From an uncultured bacterium (GTDB lineage: Bacteria > Bacillota_I > Bacilli_A > RFN20 > CAG-826), in contig CASDRB010000010.1 in assembly GCA_949283025.1 (NCBI GenBank), positions 226 to 64,225 on the forward strand: a stretch of DNA of 64,000 nucleotides, given 5' to 3'. This document shows positions 50,313-64,000 of the stretch, in pieces. Both the position numbers and the translations under genes were made by a program. Position 1 is the stretch's first letter. Every line of letters starts with the position of its first letter. The notes under the pieces are model-generated. The model had not been told where the DNA came from. It was given only the letters and a program-made list of their open reading frames with translations, and did not search any database.

Positions 50313-50340
50313 AATAACGGTTGACCGTTATTTTTTTTCT
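50313..50340. terminator. Bidirectional terminator between the asnS unit (+) and the membrane-protein operon (-)
   Basis: AATAACGG-TTGA-CCGTTATT hairpin followed by T8 and preceded by A5. Confidence 0.65.
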
Positions 50341-51149
50341 TTGCTTCCTTCGGTAGCATCAATATTGCCTTTATCAATAATTGGTGGATTGTTAGTGATG
50401 TTATTTTGATTGTTTGGATTTTGGGCAAATTGATTCATTTGCTGATTGACTTGGTTGATAGCTTGATTCCAACGCATCTGTTGTAAATTGGCTTGATTCA
50501 TTCTCATTTGTTGCATATTTTCTTCGTTGATATTAAAGCCTTCAAGCGATTTGGAATAAACAGAATCAGCTAATTTATACATGCGGATGGTTCTAGCAAT
50601 TAAACATTGTAAACATATCAAATACCAAATTGCTCCAACTAAGAAAATAGGAACAAATAGGTAAGACCAAATTGCTTCTAATTCAAAATGTGGTGAATTT
50701 AAAAGCGGTGGCCAATTAGCGATGATTTTAATTCCAAAAAAATCAGTGTAAATTTCAGGATCGTTAAAATCCCATAAAAACAACAATGTAGTAAAACCTT
50801 GCTTATGATAATCAAAAATATCATAAGTAAATTCATAGATAGCTTCTGCAATAAATAAAATGATAAAAGAGAAAATTAAAACTAACAAGGGAATCCACGC
50901 AGTCTTGAAAAAGTATCGCCAATTCTTTTTCCTTGCCACTTTTAAAAATCCTTTTTTGTCTTCGACGACTCTAGTTATGACAATATCTGACATCATTGTA
51001 TCTAATCTTTTTCCTTGCCACGTCATAATTCTTGCTGTCAATACGCCAATATAACCAGCAATAATAAAAACTAATATTAAAACTAGACAAACAGCAATTA
51101 GAATTCTTTTATCCGTTTCACTTAATTGCAATAAAATCTGAGGCATCAT
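50328..51149 (-). CDS. Membrane protein (about 5 TM) with Q/N/M-rich quasi-repetitive C-terminal tail
   Basis: 273 aa. C-terminus ...MQQMRMNQANLQQMRWNQAINQVNQQMNQFAQNPNNQNN.... ATGA coupling with the upstream gene. Confidence 0.5.
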   Translation of the reverse strand: MMPQILLQLSETDKRILIAVCLVLILVFIIAGYIGVLTARIMTWQGKRLDTMMSDIVITRVVEDKKGFLKVARKKNWRYFFKTAWIPLLVLIFSFIILFIAEAIYEFTYDIFDYHKQGFTTLLFLWDFNDPEIYTDFFGIKIIANWPPLLNSPHFELEAIWSYLFVPIFLVGAIWYLICLQCLIARTIRMYKLADSVYSKSLEGFNINEENMQQMRMNQANLQQMRWNQAINQVNQQMNQFAQNPNNQNNITNNPPIIDKGNIDATEGSKEKK

Positions 51150-51763
51150 TATTTATCTCCTTCCTCATCATAAGATGAAACGGTATTTGTTGGTCGCGTG
51201 TCTTCTTCTTTTTCAATGTATTCATCACTTTCAAATACATGGTTATTTGTATTATCAACTTTAACCTCTTCCATTTGGTTTGATTTACCGATTTTGTTTA
51301 AAGCATCTTGAAAAGAGGCAGGGGAAATTTCATCCTCATTTATTGGTGTATCATTCGGCTCTAAAATATGAGCAACTTTTGTTTCTTCGATTGTTGGTTC
51401 TGGTTCAGGAAGAGGCTCATGTTTGTTTTCGCTAATTTGCAAATAAGGTCTTTGCTCAATTGTAGAAGTTTCAATAGCATCTTGTTTGATAATAGTTTGA
51501 ACTGGAGCGGTGTTTTTGTTTATTTCTTGTTGAATTAATGAAATGGGATCTTGGAGTATCGCTAATCGCTTTTTTGCCTCGATATCTTCACTCATTTCGC
51601 CCACGATATTTTCACCTTTAAAAAACAAAATTAAGCCTTTTATTCCAATGACAATAAAAGAAAATAATGAAACGATAAAATATCCAACTAAAAATACCAC
51701 CAGAAGTGGGAATGTGATTACATATATAATACCTTTACCTAATGTTTTAAAAAAACTAGCCAT
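51149..51763 (-). CDS. Membrane-anchored protein (N-terminal TM hairpin) with acidic, Pro/Glu-rich disordered tail
   Basis: 204 aa. ...EPLPEPEPTIEE.... Coupled to its neighbours. Confidence 0.45.
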   Translation of the reverse strand: MASFFKTLGKGIIYVITFPLLVVFLVGYFIVSLFSFIVIGIKGLILFFKGENIVGEMSEDIEAKKRLAILQDPISLIQQEINKNTAPVQTIIKQDAIETSTIEQRPYLQISENKHEPLPEPEPTIEETKVAHILEPNDTPINEDEISPASFQDALNKIGKSNQMEEVKVDNTNNHVFESDEYIEKEEDTRPTNTVSSYDEEGDK

Positions 51764-51768
51764 ACTTT

Positions 51769-52689
51769 TTACTTGTTTTCAACTTTCTTCATTTTATCTT
51801 TTTTTAATTTATTTAACAAATCAAATAATGCTAATGTAGCACTTGCAAAATTAAATGTGGTTAAAATTAAAAATCCACTGCCACGAGGCATGTATTGATA
51901 TACAATAGCAAATAGCAATAATGAAATGACAAAAAAGCAGCAATTTAAAATTATATAAAGTTTATTTTTTTTAAGGCAAGTTTTAACAGCGATTTCAATT
52001 CCAAATAAAAAAGAAATCATCATGCATAAATAAGCGACATCAAGTATAAAAAACGCAAAAATAACACTTAACAAAATCGATGTATAACACGCGATAATGT
52101 TTAATAAAAAAAACTTATCTTGGTCATTGATAACATAGCCAAATTTTGGCAACTCATCTTTTATAATCATATAAGAAAAAACTGATTGTATTAATGAAAT
52201 CAAAAAAATAAACGATGGAACAATGACATAAAATAAATCAAAATTTTGAAGCGCTAATAAATTGGCAATCGTGTCGATAATATTTATTTTTAAAACAAAT
52301 TCAGAAAATACAATGGCAATATATGCAAAAAACATTTGAATCATTGTCGAAATAAAAATCAAATATAAGTTAGGTATTTTAATTTTTATAAATACAGCAA
52401 AAATAAATCCAGTTATCATCGCAGGCAAAATATAAAATATAGGGATAGTTATATCCCAAATAGCCGAAACAAAACAAAGCCCTAATGTGACGATAATATA
52501 AAGTGGATAATATCTTTTTTGACAACATAATGCCACTAAAACAGATGTTAATGGCAAAATTAAAATGAGAATAAATATAATGTAAGGAAGAAAAGCAAAA
52601 AGAAGGGCGAAAATGACATTTATTGCCGCCATAATTGAAATAAAGGCAATGTTTCCAATAGGAGTATCTTTCTTTTTGAATTCAAACAT
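51769..52689 (-). CDS. Polytopic membrane protein (about 8 TM), unknown function
   Basis: 306 aa. First gene of a three-gene minus-strand operon. Confidence 0.5.
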   Translation of the reverse strand: MFEFKKKDTPIGNIAFISIMAAINVIFALLFAFLPYIIFILILILPLTSVLVALCCQKRYYPLYIIVTLGLCFVSAIWDITIPIFYILPAMITGFIFAVFIKIKIPNLYLIFISTMIQMFFAYIAIVFSEFVLKINIIDTIANLLALQNFDLFYVIVPSFIFLISLIQSVFSYMIIKDELPKFGYVINDQDKFFLLNIIACYTSILLSVIFAFFILDVAYLCMMISFLFGIEIAVKTCLKKNKLYIILNCCFFVISLLLFAIVYQYMPRGSGFLILTTFNFASATLALFDLLNKLKKDKMKKVENK

Positions 52690-52712
52690 AAAAATATTTT
52701 ATCACATTTTTT

Positions 52713-52736
52713 GGTCTATACATATATTTATAGACC
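52713..52736. promoter_or_regulatory. Perfect palindrome GGTCTATA-CATATATT-TATAGACC in divergent promoter region (candidate operator)
   Basis: Seen directly. Lies 12 nt upstream of the lipoprotein ATG (52748) and 24 nt upstream of the minus-strand operon start (52689). Confidence 0.45.
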
Positions 52737-52747
52737 TATTAAATAAT

Positions 52748-53176
52748 ATGAAAAAAAATTTATTATTATCAATGCTTTTTTTGTTGTGCAGTTGTGCAAA
52801 TTTAAATTCGAGTTCTTTAAGTTGTTCTTATGATTATGATGATGTTAAGGAGCTGCATATTGAATATTTTGATATGTTTTCTTTGCAAAAATCATATTAT
52901 TTTGTATATTTTTATCAAATAAATTGTTTGCACTGTCTTTTAATTAAAGACATTGTAATTGAGTATGCATTATCAAATTATGGCACATTATTTTTAATAT
53001 TATACGATGAAAAAATACCATTGTGCGAGGATGTTAGCGATACAATTGGTCTTAATAGTGTAGATGGTTTTGGAATTTTAGGGACACCGACATTAGTTTT
53101 AATAAAAGAACACAAAATATTTTTGAATGTAGCAGGCGAAGATTTAATTAAAAGTGTTTTAAATGAGTACAATTAA
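52748..53176 (+). CDS. Thioredoxin-like (CxxC) lipoprotein
   Basis: MKKNLLLSMLFLLCSC lipobox. CLHC motif inside YFVYFYQINCLHCLL in a thioredoxin-like context. About 143 aa. The track ORF starts upstream at 52613. Confidence 0.5.
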   Translation: MKKNLLLSMLFLLCSCANLNSSSLSCSYDYDDVKELHIEYFDMFSLQKSYYFVYFYQINCLHCLLIKDIVIEYALSNYGTLFLILYDEKIPLCEDVSDTIGLNSVDGFGILGTPTLVLIKEHKIFLNVAGEDLIKSVLNEYN

Positions 53177-53220
53177 ATTGAATAAGCTGTCATATTTTGC
53201 TAATATATTGCTAGCAATAT

Positions 53221-57457
<4,237 letters not shown>

Positions 57458-57514
57458 ATATAGAAATTAATATTTAATTGCTATATTATCTTTATGTTAT
57501 CAAGGAGGTTGTCC

Positions 57515-57811
57515 ATGAAAAAAGTTGATAAAGAAGTTTTAAAACAAGCAGCAAATAACTTGCTATTTGATATGTCAGAGGAAGAATATGAAAAATTAAA
57601 TAAAGAGTTTGAGGTCATCTTATCTCAAATGCAGTTTATCGGAAGTTTAAAAGGAATAGATGAACTAGAACCTATGACTTTTCCATTTGATGTCAGCATA
57701 TCTTATTTAAGAAATGATGAAGCCGGTCAACCTCTCAGCCAAAAAGATGCTTTAAAAAATGCTCATGATGTTGTTTTAGGACAAATAAAATTGCCAAAGG
57801 TGGTGGGATAA
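57515..57811 (+). CDS. gatC: Glutamyl-tRNA(Gln) amidotransferase subunit C
   Basis: About 98 aa. GGAGG RBS before the ATG at 57515. First gene of gatCAB. Confidence 0.8.
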   Translation: MKKVDKEVLKQAANNLLFDMSEEEYEKLNKEFEVILSQMQFIGSLKGIDELEPMTFPFDVSISYLRNDEAGQPLSQKDALKNAHDVVLGQIKLPKVVG

Positions 57812-59271
57812 TGTCATATTTAGATTTAACAATAGAAGAAATTCATCAAGCTTTAATAACAAAAAAAGTCACCCCTTTGCAATTGGTTAAAGAAGCCATT
57901 CAAAGAGCTAAAGACAATAAAGATAATGCTTTTGAATATATAGATGAAAAAAACGCAATCGAAAGGGCGAGTTTATTGACTGAACCTAACGACAATTTGT
58001 TTTGGGGAATTCCATATGTTGCCAAAGATAATTTTTCTACTAAAGGCGTGCCTACTACAGCCTCTAGCAATATTTTAAATGGTTATGTTCCATTATTTGA
58101 TGCGACAGTAATTGAAAAATTAAATAATGCTGGCGCCATCATGATTGGTAAAACTACATTGGATGAATTGGCCATGGGAGGCACTGGAACTAGCGGTCAT
58201 AAAGGCATTACGTATAATCCTTTTGATCGTAATCATAATCATTTAATTGGTGGTTCTTCATGTGGAAGCGCTGTCGCTGTATGCGATAATATCGTTCCAT
58301 TTGCTTTAGGCAGTGACACTGGTGATTCAGTAAGAAAGCCTGCTTCAAATGCTGGATTGGTTGGATTTAAACCTACTTGGGGTCGTATTTCTAGATATGG
58401 TCTATTTCCATTTGCACCATCTTTAGATCATGTGGCTTATTTTACAAGAAGCGTTAATGATAGCGCTATTGCTTTAACTTTATTAGAAGGTCACGATGAT
58501 AAAGATATGACTTCTTCTTTTAAACAAGGTCAAGATTATATTAAAGCAATAAATGGCAATTATAAAAATTACAAAATTGCTATTATAAAACCAATTTTAG
58601 ATTCTATTAATAATCAAGAAATTAAAAAATGTTTTCTTGAATCGGTAAATAATTTAAAAGCGCGTGGAGTAATAATTGAAGAAATTGATTTTGATTTAGA
58701 TTTGTTAAAAGCAATTTATCCAATTTATAATGTAATTTCTTGTGCGGAAGCAACTTCAAATAACGCTAATTTAGATGGTATTAAATTTGGTCCAAGATTT
58801 GAAGGAAACACTTATCAAGAAGTAATGAAAAATGCTCGAACAAATGGATTTTCAAGTTTAATTAAAAGAAGATTTGTCATCGGTTCTTATGCTTTGATGA
58901 AAGAAAATCAAAATGAATTATTTTTAAGAGCTCAAAAAGGACGAAGAAAAATTGTTGACGAAATTAACAAGATATTTGAAAATTATGATTTTATTTATTT
59001 ACCTGCATCTCCTAATACCGCTCCTTTAATTAACGATTCTTCCGATGCTTTAAGCAATGAATATTTAATTGCTGATAATTATTTAGCCATTGGCAATTTT
59101 GGTGGTTTTCCATCTTTGACTTTGCCAATTGGATTAATTGATGGATTGCCTATTGGTGCCAATATCACTGGTCGTCCTTTTGAAGAAGGAAAAGTATTCA
59201 ATATTTGCTCGTTAATTGAAAAAACAACTAATTTGAAAAATTTAAATGCTAGAACGAAAGGAGACAAATAG
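57811..59271 (+). CDS. gatA: Glutamyl-tRNA(Gln) amidotransferase subunit A (amidase)
   Basis: Amidase signature GGSSCGSAVAV...GSDTGDSVR. 486 aa. Confidence 0.9.
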   Translation: MSYLDLTIEEIHQALITKKVTPLQLVKEAIQRAKDNKDNAFEYIDEKNAIERASLLTEPNDNLFWGIPYVAKDNFSTKGVPTTASSNILNGYVPLFDATVIEKLNNAGAIMIGKTTLDELAMGGTGTSGHKGITYNPFDRNHNHLIGGSSCGSAVAVCDNIVPFALGSDTGDSVRKPASNAGLVGFKPTWGRISRYGLFPFAPSLDHVAYFTRSVNDSAIALTLLEGHDDKDMTSSFKQGQDYIKAINGNYKNYKIAIIKPILDSINNQEIKKCFLESVNNLKARGVIIEEIDFDLDLLKAIYPIYNVISCAEATSNNANLDGIKFGPRFEGNTYQEVMKNARTNGFSSLIKRRFVIGSYALMKENQNELFLRAQKGRRKIVDEINKIFENYDFIYLPASPNTAPLINDSSDALSNEYLIADNYLAIGNFGGFPSLTLPIGLIDGLPIGANITGRPFEEGKVFNICSLIEKTTNLKNLNARTKGDK

Positions 59272-59272
59272 T

Positions 59273-60697
59273 ATGAATTTTGAAGCAGTAATAGGTTTAG
59301 AAATTCACGTCCAAATGAAAACCAAATCTAAAATGTTTTCTAATGCTCCTGTCAGTTATGGCGCGTATCCAAATTGTGAAGTTGCATTATTGGATATGGC
59401 TTTTCCTGGAACGATGCCTGTTGTCAATATGCAAGCAGTTATCAATGGTATTAGAGTGGCGAACGCTTTGCATATGAGCATTGATAATGAATTGTGGTTT
59501 GATCGTAAAAACTATTTTTATTCAGATTTGCCCAAAGGCTATCAAATTACTCAAAATGCTAGACCAATAGGTCATGATGGATATCTTGAAATTAAAACAT
59601 CAAAAGGCATTAAAAAAATCGGTGTTGAACGCATCCATTTAGAAGAAGATACTTGCAAGCAACTCCATTTTAATGATTATACTTTAATCGATTATAATAG
59701 AGCAGGTATTCCGTTAGCAGAAATTGTGTCAAAACCAGATTTAAGAAGCGGCGAAGAAGCGATGAAATATGTTGAAACAATTCGATCTATTGTCTCGTTT
59801 TTAGATGTTTCTGATGGAAAGATGGAAGAAGGGTCTTTAAGATGTGATGTCAACGTTTCAATTCGACCTTTTGGAAGCGATAAATTTGGCACTAAAGTTG
59901 AAATTAAAAATCTCAATAGTATTTCTAATGTCCAACTTGCCATTGATTATGAGATTAAGCGTCAAGAAGCCTTGCTTTTATCAGGTGGGGAAGTGCAACA
60001 AGAAACAAGAAGATTTGATGAAGATAGCAAAACAACAGTTTTAATGAGAGTAAAAACTGACGCTGTCGATTATAAATATTTTGTCGAACCTAACATCCCA
60101 CCCATTAAGTTGAGCGATGAATTTATTCGACATGCCATTGAAACTTCTAATGAATTAGCGTCTAGTAAAATAAAACGTTATTTGGATTTGGGATTGAATG
60201 AGTATGATGCTAATCAATTGATACAAAATCGGGATATATCAAATTATTTTGATGATGCTAGTCAATATGGTGCCAATCCTAAATTGTTAGCCAATTGGAT
60301 TAATGTCGATGTGATGGCGGTATTGAATAAAGAAGAAATTGAAATGAAAGATTTCATTATTTCTGCTAAACATTTAGCTGAGTTAGTCAAATTGATTGAT
60401 AGCAAGCAAATTTCCAATAAGCAAGCAAGAGATGTGTTTAGCATCATGTTAAAAAAAGATGATGATCCTCAACAAATAGTTGCTTCATTAGGACAAACTA
60501 TGGTCAGTGATGAAGAAGTAATTTTAAATCTTATTCATCAAGTTTTGCAAAGCAACAAACAAAGCATTCAAGATTACAAAAATGGTAAAGACAGAGCGCT
60601 TGGATATTTAGTTGGTCAAGTAATGAAATTATCCAAAGGGCAAGCTAATCCTGGCTTAACTTCTAAATTATTGCTTAAGGAGATTGAAAAATATTAA
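59273..60697 (+). CDS. gatB: Glutamyl-tRNA(Gln) amidotransferase subunit B
   Basis: MNFEAVIGLEIHVQ N-terminus is canonical GatB. AAGGAG RBS before the ATG at 59273. Confidence 0.9.
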   Translation: MNFEAVIGLEIHVQMKTKSKMFSNAPVSYGAYPNCEVALLDMAFPGTMPVVNMQAVINGIRVANALHMSIDNELWFDRKNYFYSDLPKGYQITQNARPIGHDGYLEIKTSKGIKKIGVERIHLEEDTCKQLHFNDYTLIDYNRAGIPLAEIVSKPDLRSGEEAMKYVETIRSIVSFLDVSDGKMEEGSLRCDVNVSIRPFGSDKFGTKVEIKNLNSISNVQLAIDYEIKRQEALLLSGGEVQQETRRFDEDSKTTVLMRVKTDAVDYKYFVEPNIPPIKLSDEFIRHAIETSNELASSKIKRYLDLGLNEYDANQLIQNRDISNYFDDASQYGANPKLLANWINVDVMAVLNKEEIEMKDFIISAKHLAELVKLIDSKQISNKQARDVFSIMLKKDDDPQQIVASLGQTMVSDEEVILNLIHQVLQSNKQSIQDYKNGKDRALGYLVGQVMKLSKGQANPGLTSKLLLKEIEKY

Positions 60698-60698
60698 T

Positions 60699-61712
60699 AT
60701 GAAAATTTTAGTTACTGGCGGTGCTGGATATATAGGTAGTCACACTGTATGCGCTTTATTAAAGCAAGGTGATGAAGTTGTTATCGTCGATAATTTGTGC
60801 AATTCTAAAATTGAAGTTTTGAAAAGAATTGAAAAAATATGTGGCAAAACTCCAACTTTTTATCAAATTTCTGTGCAAGATGAAGTTAAATTAGATGAAG
60901 TTTTTTCAAATGAACATGTCGACGCTATTATTCATTTTGCGGGCCTGAAATCTGTTGGCGAATCGGTTTTAAAACCTGATTTATATTATTCGAATAATGT
61001 GGGTTCAAGTGAAGTGCTGATTAAATTGATGAAAAAGCATCATGTTAAAAATATCGTGTTTTCATCTAGCGCTACTGTTTATGGTACCCCAAAGCGCGTT
61101 CCTTTATATGAAAGCGATCCGATTGGAGGATGCACTAATCCTTATGGCGAAACAAAAGTAGTAATTGAAAAGATGTTGCAAGAAGAAGCCAAAAAAGATC
61201 CTAGTTTAAATGTTGCTATTTTGCGTTATTTCAACCCAATTGGAGCGCATCCAAGCGGACTAATTGGTGAAGATCCACAAGGCATTCCTAATAATTTAAT
61301 GCCATATATAACTCAAGTAGCGTGCAAGAAATTAGAATGTCTCAATGTTTTTGGAAATGATTACGACACCGTCGATGGAACTGGTGTCAGAGATTACATT
61401 CATGTTATGGATTTAGCAGATGGTCATTTAGCTGCGTTGAATAAATTATATCAAAATCCTGGTTTAGTCATTTACAATTTAGGAACTGGTAAAGGAACAT
61501 CTGTTTTAGAATTGATTCACGCTTTTGAAAAAGCTAATAATTTGATTATTCCATATGTGATTAAACCACGACGTCCTGGCGATATAGCAACTAGTTATGC
61601 CAACGCTGATAAGGCCTATCAAGAAATGAAATGGAAAGCTAAATATAACATTATAGATTGCTGCAAAGATGCTTGGAACTGGCAAAAGAATAATCCAAAT
61701 GGTTATAATTAA
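60699..61712 (+). CDS. galE: UDP-glucose 4-epimerase
   Basis: Rossmann GGAGYIGSH, catalytic S...YxxxK (YGETK). 338 aa. ATG at 60699. Confidence 0.85.
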   Translation: MKILVTGGAGYIGSHTVCALLKQGDEVVIVDNLCNSKIEVLKRIEKICGKTPTFYQISVQDEVKLDEVFSNEHVDAIIHFAGLKSVGESVLKPDLYYSNNVGSSEVLIKLMKKHHVKNIVFSSSATVYGTPKRVPLYESDPIGGCTNPYGETKVVIEKMLQEEAKKDPSLNVAILRYFNPIGAHPSGLIGEDPQGIPNNLMPYITQVACKKLECLNVFGNDYDTVDGTGVRDYIHVMDLADGHLAALNKLYQNPGLVIYNLGTGKGTSVLELIHAFEKANNLIIPYVIKPRRPGDIATSYANADKAYQEMKWKAKYNIIDCCKDAWNWQKNNPNGYN

Positions 61713-61731
61713 TAAATAAGGAGATTTTACT

Positions 61732-62649
61732 ATGATTACAAGACAGCGTATCAGCCTTACATTAAAAGATCAAACTGTTTTATATGGTTGGTCTTGGAAA
61801 AACGATGAACCATGCATTGCCAATGTCATTATTGTCACAGGTATGGAAGAAACCGGTATCAGATATGAGGATTTTGCAAAATTTTTATGCCAAAACCATC
61901 TAAATGTCTATTGTATTGATCATTTTGGTCAAGGTGAAAATGTTTTACCAGATTTATCTAATTTAGGTATTTGGCCACGTTCCGGATTTAGAAAAATGGT
62001 TGTGGCTATTGACGATTTGGTTGGTGAATTAAAATTATCATGCCGCCCAATTTATGTATTCGCTCATTCGATGGGTTCTTTTATGATGCAAGATTATGTT
62101 CAACGTTTTGCGGGTCGAGTGGATAAAGTTGTCTTGTGTGGAACTGGTAAGAAAAATCCGTTAGCTGGCTTAGGGTTTTTAATTGCTAAATTAGTGGTTA
62201 ATAAGAAAAACGTTTACAAAAAAGCTAAATTATTAAATAAGTTGATGTTTGGTAGTTTTAATAAAGGAATTGAAAACGCCACACCTAGTTCATGGATTTC
62301 TCATAGCAAAGAAAATATTGCAAAATATGACCAAGATCCACTTTGTGGATTTGGACCAAATAATGGATTTTGTTATGAGTTTTTGAAGGGACTAAGCCGC
62401 ATTTGGAAACGAAAATTCTTGAAAAAGATTAGCCCAAATCTTCCAATGTTTTTAATTGCTGGAGATGGTGATCCTGTCACATCGTATGGCAAATCGCCTG
62501 AAGCCATGAAAAAATTATACGCCAAATATGGAAACAAAAATGTTGATACCAAAGTTTATAAACATGCTCGTCATGAAATATTGAATGAGGATTTTCCAAC
62601 CGCTCAAGAAGCGTATAACGATATTTTAAATTTTTTCTTAAAAGCATAA
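61732..62649 (+). CDS. Alpha/beta hydrolase (lysophospholipase/monoacylglycerol-lipase-like)
   Basis: GHSMGS nucleophile elbow. 305 aa. Followed by a terminator hairpin (62651-62668). Confidence 0.7.
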   Translation: MITRQRISLTLKDQTVLYGWSWKNDEPCIANVIIVTGMEETGIRYEDFAKFLCQNHLNVYCIDHFGQGENVLPDLSNLGIWPRSGFRKMVVAIDDLVGELKLSCRPIYVFAHSMGSFMMQDYVQRFAGRVDKVVLCGTGKKNPLAGLGFLIAKLVVNKKNVYKKAKLLNKLMFGSFNKGIENATPSSWISHSKENIAKYDQDPLCGFGPNNGFCYEFLKGLSRIWKRKFLKKISPNLPMFLIAGDGDPVTSYGKSPEAMKKLYAKYGNKNVDTKVYKHARHEILNEDFPTAQEAYNDILNFFLKA

Positions 62650-62673
62650 AAAAGGGCTTGTGCCCTTTTATTT

Positions 62674-62750
62674 GTCCCTGTACCTCAGTTGGATAGAGGA
62701 ACCGCCTCCTAAGCGGTCTGCCGGTGGTTCGAATCCACTCAGGGACGCCA
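62674..62750 (+). tRNA. tRNA-Arg (anticodon CCT)
   Basis: Cloverleaf read directly: acceptor GTCCCTG/CAGGGAC, anticodon loop CT-CCT-AA, T-arm GGTGGTTCGAATCCACT, encoded CCA 3' end. Flanked by terminator hairpins. Confidence 0.9.
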
Positions 62751-62828
62751 TAAAGCCTTTTTAGGCTTTTTTTATGTTTTGTTTTTTACTTTTTATATAT
62801 AAAATAAAATTATAAATAGGAGAAAAAT

Positions 62829-63446
62829 ATGAAAATTATATTAGTAAATGGCAGTCCCAATGTACATGGGTGTGTTGACGCTGCATTAAATATAGTGGCA
62901 GATCAATTAAAAAAAGAAAATATTGAAACTGAAATTATAAGTTTAGCTAACATTGTAGTTAATGATTGTTTAGGATGTGGAGCTTGCAATAAACTTAATA
63001 GATGCATTCAAGATGATATAGTTAACATAATCGGTGAAAAAGTCAAGGAAGCCGATGGATTCATTTTTGGTTCGCCGACATATTATGCTCACCCCAGCGG
63101 ACGATTATTGAGTTTAATGGATCGTTTATCAATGGCATATGGAGAATATCTTTCACACAAACCCGCTGCCGCAATTACAACCGCTCGACGAGGGGGAAGC
63201 GTTGCGGCTTTTGATGTTATCAATAAACATTTTTCCATCAATAACATGCCAATAATTGGTTCGACTTATTGGAACCAAGTCTATGGAACAACACCTTCTG
63301 ATATATATGCTGATAAAGAAGGTATTAATACTTTAAATAATCTTGCAAAAAACATGGCTTGGATATTAAGATGCATCGAATGTGGAAAACAAAACGGGAT
63401 TGATAAACCCCGTTTAGAAAAAGAAGCAATGAACTTCCATCATTAA
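62829..63446 (+). CDS. NADPH-dependent FMN reductase-like flavoprotein with 4-Cys cluster (iron-sulfur flavoprotein-like)
   Basis: Flavodoxin-like N-terminus MKIILVNGSP. CLGCGACNKLNRC motif. 205 aa. Confidence 0.65.
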   Translation: MKIILVNGSPNVHGCVDAALNIVADQLKKENIETEIISLANIVVNDCLGCGACNKLNRCIQDDIVNIIGEKVKEADGFIFGSPTYYAHPSGRLLSLMDRLSMAYGEYLSHKPAAAITTARRGGSVAAFDVINKHFSINNMPIIGSTYWNQVYGTTPSDIYADKEGINTLNNLAKNMAWILRCIECGKQNGIDKPRLEKEAMNFHH

Positions 63447-63447
63447 A

Positions 63448-64000
63448 TTATTTATTATTTTCAATAAGAATTAATTTAGGCTTATCCTGTAAAACTTTAT
63501 GATTGCTTGGTATGCTTTCACCTACGATGAAAACATTTGAACCAACGACAACATTATCGCCAATTAAAACTTCTCCGCCTAATATTGACGCTCCAGAATA
63601 TATCGTGACATTATTACCGATAGTTGGGTGTCTTTTACTATTTTTTAAAAGGTGCCCTTTCCCTAATGATAATGCACCCAATGTAACCCCTTGATAAATG
63701 CGGCAATAATTGCCAATTGTCGTAGTTTCACCTATGACAATGCCAGTTCCGTGATCAATGAAAAAAGGGACTCCAATACTGGCGCCAGGATGAATGTCAA
63801 TACCGGTTAAAAAATGAGCTTCTTCAGCGATAATTCTAGCGGTGATTTTTAAATTTAATTCATACATGATATGAGCAATTCGATGATAAGTAATAGCAAT
63901 AAAACCGGGGTACGTAACAACAATTTCTTCTAAACAATCGCTTGCAGGATCGCAGTCATAAAAATATTGTAAATCGTTATATAAAGATGATTTTAATTCT
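63448..64000 (-). CDS. cysE: Serine O-acetyltransferase, N-terminus beyond the window edge
   Basis: Hexapeptide left-handed beta-helix (DIHPGASIG...[14 protein letters not shown]...). My upstream translation continues in frame to position 64000 (...[28 protein letters not shown]...), matching CysE N-domain conservation. Confidence 0.8.
   Translation of the reverse strand, partial: ELKSSLYNDLQYFYDCDPASDCLEEIVVTYPGFIAITYHRIAHIMYELNLKITARIIAEEAHFLTGIDIHPGASIGVPFFIDHGTGIVIGETTTIGNYCRIYQGVTLGALSLGKGHLLKNSKRHPTIGNNVTIYSGASILGGEVLIGDNVVVGSNVFIVGESIPSNHKVLQDKPKLILIENNK

Noticed and set aside
50380-50530. Imperfect tandem nucleotide repeats (TTGATTCATTTGCTGATTGACTTGG...)
   Set aside because: They lie inside the coding sequence of the 273-aa membrane protein and simply encode its Q/N-rich repetitive tail. 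This is not an independent repeat element, and there is no evidence for phase variation.

Overview
This is a very AT-rich (roughly 25-30% GC by eye) chromosomal segment from a low-GC Gram-positive-derived bacterium with Mollicutes-like features. Those features are many lipoproteins with lipobox cysteines, a large OppA-like lipoprotein, a charged insert in OppD, and very AT-rich intergenic DNA. The standard genetic code is clearly in use: TGA ends pth, tsaD and asnS, and Trp is encoded by TGG. This suggests an Acholeplasma-like or related wall-less or reduced Firmicute lineage, but the taxon is an inference.

The backbone is housekeeping genes in Firmicutes-like order:
- pth-mfd-rqcP(yabO)-tilS-ftsH-dusB-lysS
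- rpsF-ssb-rpsR-gdpP-rplI-dnaB-yycJ-rlmH
- tsaE-tsaB-rimI-tsaD-asnS
- pcrA-ligA-gatCAB-galE

Three RNA elements were recognised directly from sequence:
- a tmRNA (ssrA, 21097-21471) with a tRNA-like 3' end and a predicted tag reading frame;
- a tRNA-Arg(CCT) (62674-62750);
- a TPP (THI-box) riboswitch (about 43458-43572) in front of an N-terminally extended ThiT-like membrane protein.

Accessory or surface-related islands sit between the housekeeping blocks:
- downstream of tmRNA: a DegV protein, a membrane-embedded XRE-HTH regulator divergent from a 39-aa highly acidic peptide gene, a Wzy-like polytopic membrane protein, a lipoprotein and a TupA-like ATP-grasp enzyme;
- an oppABCDF operon extended by a BspA-type leucine-rich-repeat surface protein and a lipoprotein;
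- a Wzx flippase plus three glycosyltransferases;
- a three-gene operon of uncharacterised membrane proteins (one with a Q/N-rich tail, one with an acidic tail) next to a perfect palindromic operator and a CxxC thioredoxin-like lipoprotein.

No CRISPR array, IS element, integrase or prophage gene was seen.

The window also contains several clean Rho-independent terminators. Several genes (an XRE regulator, ung, a glycosyltransferase) appear to be leaderless.
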